From the NCBI GenBank assembly GCA_903813345.2, contig CAIIXF020000001.1, positions 17,050,001-17,114,000 of the forward strand: a DNA stretch of 64,000 bases. Reading direction: 5' to 3'. The notes under the pieces were generated by a model that saw nothing but the letters and a program-made list of their open reading frames with translations, did not search any database and was not told the origin of the DNA. The position numbers and the translations under genes are program-made. The stretch's first letter is position 1, and each line of letters opens with the position of its first letter. The stretch comes from Owenia fusiformis (Eukaryota). Positions 61,691 to 64,000 of the stretch are shown one piece after another.

Positions 61691-61864
61691 TCAAATATAC
61701 GCGCTTCTCTTGTTTGTCTAAGACAATCACTCTTACCAAGTTATCCACTGTGTATAGCCCTTACGATATACGACCTCGCCAAGTCTGACTTAAAAATCAA
61801 AATGTATATCTTAGTGGAGCTTGTTTCTTTGTGCGCCAGAATATTGTTTGGTATACAAGGGGGG

Positions 61865-62130
61865 GGACAATACTGTCAAACGATTGGATGTAGTCGTGCT
61901 TGCTTCAAAGACCTTGAACCCCCATGTACTTCGCCTTCCCAGCACAATACAATGGGGAGGAAAGTACACGGGGAGGGGGCGGAGGCAGTCTTGAGGCAAG
62001 ACAATAATGTCAAACTATAGTGTAGTCTTGCTTCAAAGACTGTGAACCCCCATGTACGTCACTTCCCAACACAATACAATGGGAAGGAGAAATACATGGG
62101 GGGGGGGGGGCAGTCTCGAGGCAAGACAAT
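61865..62130. repeat. Two tandem copies of a ~110-130 bp palindromic element
   Basis: Each copy reads CTTGCTTCAAAGAC...CCCCCATGTAC...TTCCCA.CACAATACAATGGG...TACA.GGGG...GTCT.GAGGCAAGAC. Confidence 0.8.
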
Positions 62131-63775
62131 ATCGGACGTTGTTTTCTACGCTTCTTTTTATAATATTTTCATACTTCTTTGCCTTAACCCTGTCGAGACG
62201 GCTGCTTACATATTTATGGCTTTTGGATTATCTTATACAACAGTGTCGAGGTTATGTCACTTGAATTAATGAATACGAAAATAGTTTTGTTTCGCAATTG
62301 TACATCAGTCTTGGCAATATGACAAGTTTGATTCTCTTTTATGAGACTCTAAACTCAGTATATATGATATATAGCCTCGTGGAATCTTTTAAACTAAACA
62401 CTCGAAATTCAAAAATGTTACGTACTCGGAGTAGAGGGATTTGGATAATTGCCACAAAATGGCGAAAATTGGGGCCCAAAAATTGGTTGTTTCTAGGATG
62501 AAGAAATGAATCTCTTCATCTTAGCTAGGATGATGGACTTTTCTTCTTCCTAGATCTTAGGTTGTTTACTTTTCAATTTCTCTCCGTGGTTTAATGTCAA
62601 GTCACAGGGATAAACAACAATAAATTACATAAAATTGTGTCCATAACAACAAAATATGAATGTACCCTAGACACTATTTGCTTGTTGTTGTATTTACTGG
62701 TAAAAAGGATGGATGTAGACCAGACATAAAATGAATCTAAATGATGTGGAAACCACAAATATGTTTTCACAGGGTCGTGGTTGGTTTGAACATGTCCTTA
62801 AAAGTCACATGCCAATGTTTGTAAACACAACACTCCTAAAATAGCTCTTATGTCACATACCGCACGGTGAAGATATGGTTAGATTTGATAACAATTTACT
62901 TGAACGGGATTTGAACAACGATAAAAGTGCTATTTATCTGAAGAAATGTCATACTTCAAGATGTTCATAGAGACAATCGAACTTAAAGGGGACTAGATAC
63001 ATTGATGTTGAGTGCGTAATAACTAAATTCTGATAAGACACGTTGCATCGGACACTCCTCTAAAACGAAACTACTTTAGTTGTGTTTATTTACATTTTAT
63101 TTGGCATTGATTCAATTCAACCTACCATGTGATTCCATAGAATCAATTAAACTAGATTGGAGTATCAGTTTCACATTCATTCTGAACTAACCAGTAACCA
63201 CTTGACAAACTGTTTTTTAATTAGCCAATGAAACACCATCAACAATCCTGAATTAAAAGAATGATGGAAATTTACACTGGAATACTATGACTGTCATCAC
63301 CGTCACTTTACCATGAATCATAGTGACGTTAGGACCAGGAAACTTGAATGTTCTGATTTTTAAATTTATATATACAATCATTAATGAATCAATATTTAAA
63401 TCTTCTTATCATTGTAAAAGATGATTAAAATGTTATCGTTAAAGCTCTACCGCCCTGGCACCTGACCAATGTTTGGTATGGTTACAATATAACATGAGAA
63501 AAGTTTAGGTGTTCCTTAGATGCTAAACCATATTAACAAACCAACGTAGTTGCCATCTTCAAATTCCAAGGTGTTTATAGCACAAGTTGGAGTTGGAGTG
63601 GAGCAACCATGGGCATTCAATAAACCTTGTGAATCAAGATGCGTAGTTGCATGATTACGTATCAATTGTGTTGGAGAGCTTGGTGGGAAATTAACAAAAA
63701 CTAAAACACACCTAAAAATCACATGACTAATAGAAAACAAAATTATAGATATGAAAAAGTATGATTCTAAATACG

Positions 63776-63880
63776 TTAGACCTTATTTTGGTGACCAAAT
63801 GGTGACTCAAAGTGGTGTTAGACCTTATTTTGGTGTCTCAAAGTGGTGTTAGACCTTATTTTGGTGACTCAAAGTAGTGG
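63776..63880. repeat. Tandem repeat, 31-bp unit (GTTAGACCTTATTTTGGTGACTCAAAGTGGT), ~3.3 copies
   Basis: Visible directly in the sequence. Confidence 0.9.
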
Positions 63881-64000
63881 AACGCATGTACACATCAGAT
63901 CCATCAAATACACGCTAGAGCAGTCACCTCGTGGGATTACATCGAGAGATCACGACGACATCTATTTATCAAACTATTCTGTTTGTATTCATTTGTAATG

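Overview
AT-rich, intron-rich animal genomic DNA, probably a marine invertebrate such as a lophotrochozoan (inferred from gene and repeat content). It is not prokaryotic, and most ORFs in the supplied track are spurious or are exon fragments. I assembled six spliced genes by hand, each with GT-AG introns and a continuous frame: Dmrt2/11E-type DM-domain factor (+, 5399-8839); Src42A/Frk-type tyrosine kinase (-, 21742-11320); 16-exon glucokinase-regulatory-protein-like gene (+, 22982-29211); otopetrin proton channel (-, 33844-30048); PRXL2B/FAM213B (SelU3-family) redox protein (+, 39400-48443); and a divergent profilin-like gene (-, 58755-56706). The main finding is that the PRXL2B-like gene, absent from the ORF track, is very likely a selenoprotein. 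It has an in-frame TGA at the first position of its redox motif (FLRRFG-U-QLC) and a well-formed type-2 SECIS just upstream of its poly(A) signal. Non-coding DNA holds a 4.1-kb long-TIR element (Academ-like) in an intron of that gene, several MITEs with clear TSDs, a 143-bp satellite with a dimeric higher-order pattern, and chains of hairpin elements stacked head to tail on both sides of the selenoprotein gene. All homology calls come from motif recognition, not database searches.
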